Shown here one piece after another: positions 29,185 through 38,729 of a DNA stretch of 64,000 nucleotides (position 1 is its first letter; each line of letters starts with the position of its first letter). The notes under the pieces were generated by a model. It saw nothing but the letters and a program-made list of their open reading frames with translations, made no database searches and was not told the DNA's origin. The stretch spans positions 62,001 to 126,000 of the IMG/VR virus record IMGVR_UViG_3300027834_000005, one strand, 5' to 3'. A program made the translations under genes and the position numbers.

Positions 29185-29511
29185 ATGCATTTAGAAGAAT
29201 CGCACAAGTCACTACACGTATCATACATTGAGTCGTTATCTGAAACGCGCTTGATGTTCCAATTAAGTGGCCACCCTTATTGGGGTAATGATGCTATCTT
29301 TTGTGCATGGCCTGAAGATGGCCTGAAGAATCGCATTAAGCTTGGCGTCGATTATATTGACGAGAGTAGCGTATTCTGTAAGTGGGTTGTGACTGCTGTT
29401 GGCTTTGAGCCACGTGACGGACACAATGACATACGTGTTTGGGTAAAAGATGCAGATGATCACTTGACATTACTTACAAGTGAGAATATGATTATGGTGA
29501 GTGGCACATGA
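29185..29511 (+). CDS. Hypothetical early protein
   Basis: Promoter and RBS. Confidence 0.7.
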   Translation: MHLEESHKSLHVSYIESLSETRLMFQLSGHPYWGNDAIFCAWPEDGLKNRIKLGVDYIDESSVFCKWVVTAVGFEPRDGHNDIRVWVKDADDHLTLLTSENMIMVSGT

Positions 29512-29693
29512 TGCGCTCATCGACTAGAACAAGACTTCGCATTTTAGGGATATCAGTTGCTATGTGGCCAGTAGAAAAATGTTATTACGAACCGATTGTT
29601 GTTAAGAATCCAAGCGAACCTGTAAATCGTGACGGTAAGCAACGTGGTAAGAAGAAGCTACGCGACTGGAATATACATGGTCGTGGTCGGTAG
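29508..29693 (+). CDS. Small basic protein
   Basis: ATGA coupling. Confidence 0.55.
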   Translation: MMRSSTRTRLRILGISVAMWPVEKCYYEPIVVKNPSEPVNRDGKQRGKKKLRDWNIHGRGR

Positions 29694-29747
29694 TTGACTA
29701 TTATTTGAACATGTGTTATAATGTATTGCATATACAAGGAACAATAT

Positions 29748-29957
29748 ATGCGATGCATAGAATTATGTAATGCTATCTCAGCTCAAGACGGTTGGCGAGC
29801 TGAATTCACCTATTGCGGAAGCACTGGCGAGTACGTGGGTAGAGTATACACTCATGAAGATGGAATTGGATGGATATGTGATAAGATCGCGGTAAGTGCA
29901 AACATACACGTAGTTGAAGATATACTCGTGGAAGCATTGCACAGTTTGTTATTTTAA
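29748..29957 (+). CDS. Hypothetical protein
   Basis: Promoter at 29694, AAGGA RBS. Confidence 0.65.
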   Translation: MRCIELCNAISAQDGWRAEFTYCGSTGEYVGRVYTHEDGIGWICDKIAVSANIHVVEDILVEALHSLLF

Positions 29958-29986
29958 TACATGTTCGTATGACAAGGAGTCATAGC

Positions 29987-30190
29987 ATGAAAACAGCTCT
30001 ATTTGTAATCGCATTAAGTATGTGCTTATGTGCCCGTGCGCATATTCCTAATAATGCCCCTGTGCCATCTAACCATGTACTTAAGTGTGACATTGTAGAA
30101 AAGGTATGCATCCTATCTAACGTGAAGACGTCTACTTGTACAGCCAAGAAAGAACGTTGTTTAAGTAAAATAATTGATAAAAAGACTTGA
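29987..30190 (+). CDS. Small secreted Cys-containing protein
   Basis: Signal-peptide-like N-terminus. Confidence 0.6.
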   Translation: MKTALFVIALSMCLCARAHIPNNAPVPSNHVLKCDIVEKVCILSNVKTSTCTAKKERCLSKIIDKKT

Positions 30191-30246
30191 CCTTTAATTC
30201 CCCTATGCTATTATGGTTACACATTAAACGTTCTGAGGGGAACATC

Positions 30247-30819
30247 ATGGGTTGGACTTGCACACATAAACCAGACAATATCAAAGATCACTTAGACCAA
30301 GGAATGACTTGGGACACTGATACGCATTCTATGTGCGTACTTGAAAGTGCTTTGAAGAACTTCACTGAATACTACGCCGCCGTAGAACGTACCGATAAGG
30401 CTACTGGTGAGACAATGGTATTCGCCGCAATCACTTTAGTTACGTATCATAACAAAGGTTCTGAAGTATGCTTTAAGGACATGGACGAATCTGCAGGCCC
30501 GAACGCAGTTAAATGCCCACTATCTATCCTTAAGCTATTGACTCCCTTACCAGAAGATGATACATCTTATGCTGCTAAGTGGCGCGAGTCGTGCTACGCT
30601 TCGATTGAGGCTAGTAAGAAGATCACCAAACTAAAGCATGGCCAATTGGTTAAGTTCAAAAATGCTATTAGTTTTGGTATGAACGACAAATATACAGAAA
30701 TGTATGTGTATAAGCAAGGCAGAAAGCTACGCTTTGCCCCATACCCAACTATTAACATGAACTCTGCGCCACCGTATCAAATACGCCGCTCTTCATTACT
30801 GAACAACTTGGAGTCATAA
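30247..30819 (+). CDS. DUF6927-like protein
   Basis: MGW start; FKDMDESAGP..CPLSIL.LLTP..AAKWRE motif. Confidence 0.65.
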   Translation: MGWTCTHKPDNIKDHLDQGMTWDTDTHSMCVLESALKNFTEYYAAVERTDKATGETMVFAAITLVTYHNKGSEVCFKDMDESAGPNAVKCPLSILKLLTPLPEDDTSYAAKWRESCYASIEASKKITKLKHGQLVKFKNAISFGMNDKYTEMYVYKQGRKLRFAPYPTINMNSAPPYQIRRSSLLNNLES

Positions 30820-31031
30820 TGGAACAATTCGACACGGTATTACTAGCATACATTGTATTCTGTGTGCTATACTTACCAGCACACTACTTGGCATACAAGT
30901 TATGCCTGAATGCAGCTAAAAATGTATACATCGAACGCTTGACAACTGTGTTACGTCGTGCTATGTATGGGGATATAGCTGTAGTTGTTATTGGATTGAT
31001 CTATTTAATAGTTAAATATTTTATAATTTAA
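30819..31031 (+). CDS. Small membrane protein
   Basis: Two TM-like segments. Confidence 0.65.
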   Translation: MEQFDTVLLAYIVFCVLYLPAHYLAYKLCLNAAKNVYIERLTTVLRRAMYGDIAVVVIGLIYLIVKYFII

Positions 31032-31094
31032 TGCTTGACTCTATGTGTAACCCTGTTATTATGGTTACACATTAAACGTTCTGAGGGGAACATC

Positions 31095-31574
31095 ATGCAA
31101 AACAAATCACACTTGACCGCTATATCGCGCAGTAAGCTAAGCGCACCTATGCAATACTTACTTGACAATGGCGCATTGAACACAACAGTTGGCCTTGACT
31201 ATGGTAGTGGACGTGGGCATGATGCCGACTATATAGGCATGGATAAGTTTGACCCTTACTACACCAGCGGTAAGATCATGGAATGGGATAGGGACATACA
31301 CCATGATATGTTGGATATGTCCAGTGGCTATCAAGTTATCACTTGCAATTATGTGCTTAATGTGATTGAGGATCAAGCAGAGCGTGATATGGTGCTGCTA
31401 AATATCAAAATGTTACTGTGTGACACTGGAAAAGCATACATCACCGTGCGCCGCGACTCTCATGTGCAAGAAGGTTATACCAGTAAAGGTACATACCAAG
31501 CAACTATAGAACTAGATCTCCCTGTATATCATCATGCTAAAGGCAAATACATTACTTATTTGCTCGAAAAGTAG
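31095..31574 (+). CDS. Class I SAM-dependent methyltransferase
   Basis: TAISRSKLSAP, LDYGSGRG, FDPYY, ITCNYVLNVIED. Confidence 0.8.
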   Translation: MQNKSHLTAISRSKLSAPMQYLLDNGALNTTVGLDYGSGRGHDADYIGMDKFDPYYTSGKIMEWDRDIHHDMLDMSSGYQVITCNYVLNVIEDQAERDMVLLNIKMLLCDTGKAYITVRRDSHVQEGYTSKGTYQATIELDLPVYHHAKGKYITYLLEK

Positions 31575-31636
31575 TTGACTTCAGCGGTGACCATGGTATC
31601 ATGGTTACATATTAAATAGTTCTGAGGGGAACGATC

Positions 31637-31987
31637 ATGGCAGCTAAACACTATGTGTATCTAAACACTGTTAAGAAAAGTATGTCTATCAAGCTACGTG
31701 GTATTGTCATTGAACATACCAAGAGCAAGAAATTAATCAATGTTTTGTTTGACACTGTCAATGATGGTGCTATTATTAAAGCCGGTGATATTGCTGATAG
31801 AAACATTAGCGACTCACATGATCAAGACATCGTGGAAATTGTTGACTTCCCCAATGGTAAGTGGTATGTTCTTAGTACTAGAGAACAAGTACTAGGCGCT
31901 AAAGAAGCTGTTATTGTAGGCACGAAGATATTTTGCCATGAAGCTGACCTTAGTTACCCTGAAAAACAATTGACGTTGGAGGTATAG
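31637..31987 (+). CDS. Hypothetical early protein
   Basis: Family-1 leader. Confidence 0.7.
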   Translation: MAAKHYVYLNTVKKSMSIKLRGIVIEHTKSKKLINVLFDTVNDGAIIKAGDIADRNISDSHDQDIVEIVDFPNGKWYVLSTREQVLGAKEAVIVGTKIFCHEADLSYPEKQLTLEV

Positions 31988-31988
31988 C

Positions 31989-32468
31989 ATGTTACAGTTA
32001 CGCAAGAAGAATACCGCTCTGACTACTGGAGAACAAAAGACAGTAGACCGTGCGATGGAGGTACTCGATAGAGCAGCCAAGCGACAAGGTTCTGTGTTCA
32101 GTAGTATCTCTATGGTAAAGAAGTACTTTAAGACCAGACTATCGGGCTTAAGTAAAGAGAAATTTGAAGTTGCTTTCCTAGACACTGGACTGCGATTGAT
32201 TGAATGTGAAACTATGTTCGATGGATCTGCCGATTATGTCCATGTAGACGTAACAGAAATTACACGAAAGGCATTGACATTAAATGCCACACGTGTTATA
32301 CTGGCACACAATCACCCTAGCGGTAACGCTAATGCCAGTGACGGAGATAAACTCCTAACTAAAGAAATAAAGGGTGTACTTTCTCAATTTGATATAGTAC
32401 TATGTGACCATATCATAGTGGCGGACGGCAAGACACCGTTCTCTATGAGCGAAGCTAACTTATTATAG
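31989..32468 (+). CDS. radC: RadC-like JAB/MPN domain protein
   Basis: KEKFEVAFLD, HNHPSGNANASDGD, LCDHII. Confidence 0.85.
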   Translation: MLQLRKKNTALTTGEQKTVDRAMEVLDRAAKRQGSVFSSISMVKKYFKTRLSGLSKEKFEVAFLDTGLRLIECETMFDGSADYVHVDVTEITRKALTLNATRVILAHNHPSGNANASDGDKLLTKEIKGVLSQFDIVLCDHIIVADGKTPFSMSEANLL

Positions 32469-32477
32469 TGACGAACG

Positions 32478-32813
32478 ATGGATAGAATAGGTCCCAATTT
32501 AAACATAGAACGAGCCTTGGACATGATCCAGTTCGAGGATGCAGTACCAGTAACAGAATGGCGTGGGGCAGTGTATCACATTGATCCTACAGGCCGTGCA
32601 CTAGGTAACCTATATTACACTAGGTTCACACTAGACATGGCCACAGCTGTACACTCAGTGGAAATGCCTTATTCTAAGATGCATACCCTAGGTGAACTGC
32701 TTGACCGTGGCGAGAACATGCAAAACAAAGTACCGCCAAAGATAGAAGAATTGCCGCCACTAGCCTATGCAGTGGTAGTATGTAAGACTGAGCCTATTAT
32801 CACTAAGAAGTAA
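32478..32813 (+). CDS. Hypothetical protein
   Basis: ORF in operon. Confidence 0.65.
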   Translation: MDRIGPNLNIERALDMIQFEDAVPVTEWRGAVYHIDPTGRALGNLYYTRFTLDMATAVHSVEMPYSKMHTLGELLDRGENMQNKVPPKIEELPPLAYAVVVCKTEPIITKK

Positions 32814-32830
32814 CAGACTGGAGAGTAAAC

Positions 32831-33217
32831 ATGTTATCAGCTATTTCCTTATCATTCTTAATGGGCTTTATCAATAACATCACTGACGACCCTATTGACA
32901 CGTACGCCAAGACTGTGTTTATGGAAGCATACAACATAGAGGTAAGTCAAGAAGATATGCAAGGTTTCTTGTTCGACACTGATGTAGTAGTGACGGAGCA
33001 TACACTAGGCACGGAGAACGGAGACTACTGGTGTACTACTACGACCAATGGTAACCAAACTCTACATACAGCCGCCTATATACATAATGGCGAGTTCGGG
33101 CACATACCCAAAGGTGTTACATTCTACGCCGGACTATGTGAGCCTGACACTGAAGAAGGCAGGACAGAAAAGACTTTCATGCAGATTATGAGTTCATTTG
33201 GCTCCATGTTCAAGTAA
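32831..33217 (+). CDS. Hypothetical protein
   Basis: GGAGAG RBS. Confidence 0.65.
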   Translation: MLSAISLSFLMGFINNITDDPIDTYAKTVFMEAYNIEVSQEDMQGFLFDTDVVVTEHTLGTENGDYWCTTTTNGNQTLHTAAYIHNGEFGHIPKGVTFYAGLCEPDTEEGRTEKTFMQIMSSFGSMFK

Positions 33218-33346
33218 CTCTTCACTAGGTTCAACCCCTCAAAGTGCTCACCCATAATACTCCCCTCAGTTGGGGTGGGCACTTTTCCCCGCATATATCT
33301 TATCACTCATTTCCGATAAATACTAGTAACAACATGGAAATGGACA

Positions 33347-33679
33347 ATGTCATCATTCAACTTAAACATCAAACACATAAATAAGTGGCTTATTGCCCCA
33401 TATTTTCTATGTTTTGCTACTATCGCATACGTGCAAATCTCTATAACTAACATGCATACTCTGTATGATACCAACATACAAGACACAATCACGGTACAAA
33501 CCGCACAGAATCGTCTGATTTCATACGAGAATTCTCAAAAGATAGATGAATTACACGCAGAAGTAGTAAAAGAAACCATTAATAGGTTCAGAGCTGAAGA
33601 TATGCAGTCATGGATCACTACGTTCAAGAGAGACAACCCAGAGTTACACATACCTGAACTAAAACTAGATCGTCAGTAA
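33347..33679 (+). CDS. Single-TM coiled-coil protein
   Basis: TM helix; C-term WITTFKRDNPELHIP; gaTAAATA at 33315. Confidence 0.7.
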   Translation: MSSFNLNIKHINKWLIAPYFLCFATIAYVQISITNMHTLYDTNIQDTITVQTAQNRLISYENSQKIDELHAEVVKETINRFRAEDMQSWITTFKRDNPELHIPELKLDRQ

Positions 33680-33696
33680 TCAAGGAGAATAGATGT

Positions 33697-34056
33697 ATGG
33701 CTACTGATAACGAAGAAAGAAAGCACTTTAGTGAAGATAAAAAAGCTCATTGGGCACTAGGTATATCCGCAATACCAACTTTTATGTTATTACTCACGTT
33801 AGTATGGCAACAATCGGCGTTCCAGACTACATTAACAGAAAAATTGAACCATTACGGAGCCAAGCAAGAGCAAATCTTAGAGTCTGTTGACGAAAACGGC
33901 AAGCTTATCAAGTTAAATACTATAAGATTGTCTGAAGTAGAGAACATATTAGCGGACAGTGTGACACGTGAGGACTTATTTCACTGGTTACTGGAGCTAA
34001 AGACAAATAACCCAGACATAAAAGTGCCCTTGCCCCCAAAGAAGAGCGACAAATAA
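33697..34056 (+). CDS. Single-TM coiled-coil protein (paralog)
   Basis: TM helix; C-term WLLELKTNNPDIKVP. Confidence 0.7.
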   Translation: MATDNEERKHFSEDKKAHWALGISAIPTFMLLLTLVWQQSAFQTTLTEKLNHYGAKQEQILESVDENGKLIKLNTIRLSEVENILADSVTREDLFHWLLELKTNNPDIKVPLPPKKSDK

Positions 34057-34068
34057 CACTTTCAAATC

Positions 34069-34092
34069 AGCAACTTAGGTTGCTTTTTTTTA
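34069..34092 (+). terminator. Rho-independent terminator
   Basis: agcaac-ttag-gttgct followed by T8. Confidence 0.75.
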
Positions 34093-34186
34093 TTCTCAAT
34101 TTTAATTCACAAAAACGCTTGACATCTAATCACCCCACACATATTATAGATCACATATTCAAACACACCAGCGCGGGAGCGACACC

Positions 34187-34726
34187 ATGAACACTAATAC
34201 TTCTAACTATACAATTGAACGCACTAAATCTGACAAAGAACGTACTTGGTTCTTAACCATCGATGGCATTAAGTTTGGTCAGGCCGAAGTGGTACACCTT
34301 ACTGATACCTTACGCTCTGTAGTAGCAACGTTTGAAGCATTCACAGCTGACGGATTCAAGCCTATCACAGTATCATATGATTGCAACAAGGTCAAGGCGC
34401 GTGTAGCTTACTCTATCAACAACTTCATTGACGATATTATGGAAGCAATCGGCGATAAAGAAATCTTTATCCCTCGCGTATTAGACGACAATGTTATGGG
34501 GCAGGTTATCGTACCTGAAGACGTTACTCTACAGAACACCCGCGAAGCTGCCGAAGTACTTAAGCTTGATGTTGATGCTGACTTAGATGTGGCTCGTGTG
34601 CAAGTTATCAATCACCTAGCAGATAACAAAGCCAAGCATTTAGATATGCCTATGTTTGACCTAGTACAAAAGTCTAAGCTTGGTCGTACACGTGCGACTG
34701 CTGTACACCATCACATGGCTTGGTAA
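34187..34726 (+). CDS. Hypothetical early protein
   Basis: Promoter at 34119. Confidence 0.75.
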   Translation: MNTNTSNYTIERTKSDKERTWFLTIDGIKFGQAEVVHLTDTLRSVVATFEAFTADGFKPITVSYDCNKVKARVAYSINNFIDDIMEAIGDKEIFIPRVLDDNVMGQVIVPEDVTLQNTREAAEVLKLDVDADLDVARVQVINHLADNKAKHLDMPMFDLVQKSKLGRTRATAVHHHMAW

Positions 34727-34805
34727 TTAATTGAAATAAAGTGTTGACACTATGTGTGATCATGCTATTATGGTCACACATTAAAGAGTTCTGAGGGGAA
34801 CCACC

Positions 34806-35585
34806 ATGTATCAAGTAACTAAAGCGCTAAAATCAATCGTAGCTCAATCTGACCTTTACATTCCTGTATCTATGTTATCAGTTAATGCTGATGCAAAGAC
34901 AGTAAAGGGCACTAAAAAAGGTTTTCTAACTGGTATCATGTACCTTGCGCCTAACGCTACTTTATGCCCTAGCGCAAAAGCTGCTGATTGTCTAAGCCCT
35001 TGTCTTTATACTGCTGGTCGCGGCAAGTTTACTAGTGTTCAACTAGGTCGTATTAACAAGACTAAATTATTAGATAAGCACCCAGAAATAGCAATGGTTG
35101 CTTTATGGAAAAGCATAAACGGTTTAGTCAATAAAGCTGCTAAGCAAGGTTTACAGCCTGTAGTGCGCCTTAATGGCACTAGCGATATTGACTGGACTAC
35201 TCGCATGTTAGATGGTAAAACATTGTTTCAGCATTTCCCTGATGTGCAATTTTACGACTACACCAAACGCCCTAATATCTCACGCAAGGCAAGCTTTATT
35301 AGCAACTATGATGTTACTGTAAGCTATAGCTCTGCTGCTGCTTATACTCCTGTTATGTCTAAGCTTATGAAAGGCAATGATAATATCGCGGTAGTGTTTG
35401 ACGGTGGCCTGCCTGATACATTCCTAGGCTTGCCAGTGATTGACGGTGACGATAGTGATTTGCGTTTCTTAGATAAAGAAGAACACAAAGAGCGTGTTGT
35501 TGTTGGCCTTAAGGCTAAAGGCGATGCAAGGGGCAGCGACTCTGCCCTAGTCGTTAACACTAACATCATAGCAGTGGCGGCCTAA
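34806..35585 (+). CDS. Gp88-like (DUF7227-type) protein
   Basis: C..A.ADC...CL...GRG, VRLNGTSDI, QFYDYTK, VIDGDDSDLRFLD, VVGLKAKG. Confidence 0.7.
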   Translation: MYQVTKALKSIVAQSDLYIPVSMLSVNADAKTVKGTKKGFLTGIMYLAPNATLCPSAKAADCLSPCLYTAGRGKFTSVQLGRINKTKLLDKHPEIAMVALWKSINGLVNKAAKQGLQPVVRLNGTSDIDWTTRMLDGKTLFQHFPDVQFYDYTKRPNISRKASFISNYDVTVSYSSAAAYTPVMSKLMKGNDNIAVVFDGGLPDTFLGLPVIDGDDSDLRFLDKEEHKERVVVGLKAKGDARGSDSALVVNTNIIAVAA

Positions 35586-35801
35586 TGGTCGCTCTAGACC
35601 TAAGCCGATACACTGTGCTTAGGTCGTACTATGTAGGCAGCATCAAAATGGCTACTATCACTAATCATGGTAATAGCCATTATCTACAAGTCAACTATTC
35701 TCGCATAATAGAATTTTATGAAAAACAATTTTATAAAGCATTGACAAAGTAACCGTCTATGCTATTATAGGTACACATTAACAAGTTCTGAGGGGAATAG
35801 C

Positions 35802-36122
35802 ATGGGCATTATCAAAGTAGCGGTATGGAATAAAGATGATTTTGAAGATCATGACTATAGAGATATTCTAAACCAAGAAACCCATGACGGTAAAAAGTAT
35901 TCCACTTTGATGGGAGTACCAACGGGCACCGCCGATAAAACTATCAAAGAGATAATTATGGCCTCTGGTGAAGCAGCCGAAACTAATCTTGCATTCGAGA
36001 TACTTAGGCCAAAATGTATCTCTCAGTTCTGTATAGCCACTGGCTTATCTGGCGGCACTGCAACCAATGAAGCTCATGCAGCATACATAAAAGCTTACAA
36101 TGAAGTAAATAATATACTTTGA
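35802..36122 (+). CDS. Hypothetical early protein
   Basis: N-term KVAVWN resembles 46758 gene. Confidence 0.7.
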   Translation: MGIIKVAVWNKDDFEDHDYRDILNQETHDGKKYSTLMGVPTGTADKTIKEIIMASGEAAETNLAFEILRPKCISQFCIATGLSGGTATNEAHAAYIKAYNEVNNIL

Positions 36123-36179
36123 CATTGAGCGTAGCCATGCTATTATAGGCACACATTAACAAGTTCTGAGGGGAACACC

Positions 36180-36653
36180 ATGACAGTATCATTCGAAGAC
36201 TTAGCAGTAAAAAAATTAGCGATGGTTCGCGGCTGTTTTGGCACTGAGAAAGCAAAAGAAGTATTCATCACAGAAGTAGATGAAGATATAAAAAACGGCG
36301 AAGCCGGTATCTGCTACTCTACCCCTGACGGCGCGTCTGGTTGGGCATATATCGATCAAATAGATAGTGTATATTCCGCAGAGTCTATGCCGAATATTCG
36401 TAGAAAATTTATAGAACATGCCTCATCTTGTGGCGCGGTAGAAGTTGACGGTAAGCTATACGCTAACCCTCCGCTATCCGCCGATAACGATTTTAGACTT
36501 GACACGACAGGTCTCATTGTATCTGTACGTGCGTTAGACTTCTTCAATGACGATGTGGCATGGTGCGACGACAAACTATGTTTTGTTATCACAGAACTAG
36601 ACGATTCCAAGTACACCATTAAATTTTACAACCTTGTACCATACGGAGAGTAG
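36180..36653 (+). CDS. Hypothetical early protein
   Basis: Family-1 leader. Confidence 0.75.
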   Translation: MTVSFEDLAVKKLAMVRGCFGTEKAKEVFITEVDEDIKNGEAGICYSTPDGASGWAYIDQIDSVYSAESMPNIRRKFIEHASSCGAVEVDGKLYANPPLSADNDFRLDTTGLIVSVRALDFFNDDVAWCDDKLCFVITELDDSKYTIKFYNLVPYGE

Positions 36654-36655
36654 CA

Positions 36656-36835
36656 ATGCAACGTTTTGATGATAAAGTCCATACTGGACAGACAGCGCTA
36701 TTCAATAAAAAGGTCGTTATACCACGTGCCCAAGTTATTGTCAAGCCAAACAAATCGAAAGAAGTTGTTGCTTCTGGTAAGAACTTCAACTATAATGCTT
36801 CTCATTGTGTACCTGTATACATTGACGAAGTATAA
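36656..36835 (+). CDS. Small hypothetical protein (59 aa)
   Basis: GGAGAG RBS; MQRFDDKVHT...YIDEV*; stop abuts the ribozyme. Confidence 0.55.
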   Translation: MQRFDDKVHTGQTALFNKKVVIPRAQVIVKPNKSKEVVASGKNFNYNASHCVPVYIDEV

Positions 36836-36900
36836 CCGTTCTGATGAGCTTGCGAAATACAAGCGAAACATGGAATCATACGATTCTATGTCAACGGACT
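36829..36900 (+). ncRNA. Hammerhead ribozyme (type I)
   Basis: ccgtt CTGATGA gcttg-cgaaata-caagc GAAA catggaatc-atac-gattctatGTC|aacgg; all three stems pair; cleavage 3' of 36892. Confidence 0.9.
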
Positions 36901-37210
36901 GCGAGACGGGCTGGAAAACTGTCTCGTAAACAAGTGAGGTGGAAAATGCTACCACTAATGCTAGGCCTGCCAGCGGCTATTGGACACTTGACTATGGTTT
37001 TGCAGACTGCTATTGATCTATCGCCTCACGTGATATAGTATAATAGAAATTAAAACTGTCCTAATATAGAAGGTCTCTATATAAGAGACACAACTGGGGA
37101 AACCGTGCCAATGCAGATTTAACTATATGTAAGATTGTGATCTATTACAAGCCACAGAAAGTGGGTACTAAGTCACATTATAAAAGCATATGGTTCTGTG
37201 ATTGGCGCGT
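36893..37210 (+). ncRNA. Candidate structured ncRNA released by the hammerhead
   Basis: Non-coding; stems gcgagacgg/ctgtctcgt, gtgaggtg/cgcctcac, cgtgccaat/attggcgcg. Confidence 0.45.
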
Positions 37211-37275
37211 AGCTAATTCTTGCATTCCATGCTCTACTATGTTATACTCCTCAAAAATTACACAGGAGTTATAGC

Positions 37276-37839
37276 ATGGATGCTATCACAGCACAACAAG
37301 CACAGCAATATATTGACGCAGTAAGCGTATCTACAGAACAAGTGGCGGACACCATTGAAGATGAGCAATCATACGAGATCGTTTCTGTTACTAAAGTGAA
37401 GACAGCGGCCAAGCACAAAGAAGAAACAATCAATAAGGTATCGCGTTCAATCGCCATACTGCCATTATCTGGCAACACTTACCGTGATATGGTTATAGAA
37501 TCAGCCAAGTCCATGGGGACAGATGCTGAGGTGGCGGATAGCTTCACAGTATCAGACACGTTCTATGAGCATACAGACCTATACCCACTATGTAAAGCTA
37601 AGAGAAACGACACCATGTATTTGTATGGTATCTATGAGCGCTCCTCTAAGCCCGTTTACGTGCATAATGGCGTAGAGCTAAGCAAAGAGCAAGTGGCGGA
37701 GTTCCTGACGCCTGCAGAGGCTAAGAAGCTGCTTGGTGACACTGTAACAGTCACAGAGAACAAAGCCAATAGCTTGACACATAAAGTCAATGCGCGTACA
37801 GTGAAACTTGATAACGTTAAATCTATTAAAAAGATTTGA
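37276..37839 (+). CDS. Hypothetical early protein (paralog of 49482..50102)
   Basis: Shared QVAE..T...AKKLLGDT...RT.K..NV. Confidence 0.8.
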   Translation: MDAITAQQAQQYIDAVSVSTEQVADTIEDEQSYEIVSVTKVKTAAKHKEETINKVSRSIAILPLSGNTYRDMVIESAKSMGTDAEVADSFTVSDTFYEHTDLYPLCKAKRNDTMYLYGIYERSSKPVYVHNGVELSKEQVAEFLTPAEAKKLLGDTVTVTENKANSLTHKVNARTVKLDNVKSIKKI

Positions 37840-37888
37840 CACTACCCATAAGTTGCGGTATCATTAGTTAAATTATTGAGGACACACC

Positions 37889-38275
37889 ATGGCCATTAAA
37901 TCTAACGTTTCAATCGGTGACACAGTTGACTGGTACGATAGCGGTGATAATACATGCTTCGCACTCAACGTAACAGTTACGTCTATTAATGGTTCACGCT
38001 ATAACTTACGTGCTCCTGATGGCGGTGTTATAGTCGCACGTGATCATGAACTATATGAAGTAGGGACTACTCCCTATGTACCTCATGACCATTCTGTTGA
38101 GAACGTTATTGAAGAAGTGGCCACAGAATGGTTTGATGACAACTTCGATGAAGTCGCTCTTGAAATCTTGGAATCGTCTGGCGTTATATCTCAAGCTGAA
38201 GGATTCCGTATGTCTTGCTTGGCAACGCTACAGATAGAGCTAGCCAGTAAGTTAGAAACTATTTCGCATAAATAG
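37889..38275 (+). CDS. Hypothetical early protein
   Basis: Promoter and GAGGA RBS. Confidence 0.75.
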   Translation: MAIKSNVSIGDTVDWYDSGDNTCFALNVTVTSINGSRYNLRAPDGGVIVARDHELYEVGTTPYVPHDHSVENVIEEVATEWFDDNFDEVALEILESSGVISQAEGFRMSCLATLQIELASKLETISHK

Positions 38276-38328
38276 TTGACTATCACCTCAGTTACTGTAT
38301 TATGTACTTACTGACTGAGGAGATTACC

Positions 38329-38715
38329 ATGCAACATAACAATGTGTTTAATAGAAACTTATTAGCTAAACTTATCATTGAAGCTGGTAATGGTACTGCT
38401 ACTCGCGCTACTAATAGCAGGGGCACCTACATAACGACAGTGTATAGCACTGAAGATATAAAGTCCGTCCGCCGTGTAGTTCGCATGGCCAATAAGATGA
38501 TTAAGCGAGCTGGCGTGTCCAGCGGTTATAAGATTGATATTAAAGGCCGATTAGGTAAGAAAAACCCTAACGCCCATAAGTATGTCACGCGTGACAAGTG
38601 GGGTAAAGGGATAGATCAATGGGATGGCAGAATTCGCATAGAAGATGCCACAAGATTCGATGTATATGTTTATTTCAAATCTAGGCAAGAAAGTCTTGAC
38701 TGGCTAAAGAATTAA
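38329..38715 (+). CDS. Hypothetical basic early protein
   Basis: Promoter at 38276, GAGGAG RBS. Confidence 0.75.
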   Translation: MQHNNVFNRNLLAKLIIEAGNGTATRATNSRGTYITTVYSTEDIKSVRRVVRMANKMIKRAGVSSGYKIDIKGRLGKKNPNAHKYVTRDKWGKGIDQWDGRIRIEDATRFDVYVYFKSRQESLDWLKN

Positions 38716-38729
38716 AGATATAATGTACA

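Noticed and set aside
30187-31094. N-terminal extensions LLWLHIKRSEGN in the ORF track
   Set aside because: They are translations of the repeated promoter/leader from the TTG of the -35 box. True starts follow GAGGGGAAC.
36666-37038. ORFs 36666..36929 and 36844..37038
   Set aside because: They have weak starts and overlap the hammerhead. 36656..36835 has the RBS and ends exactly at the ribozyme.
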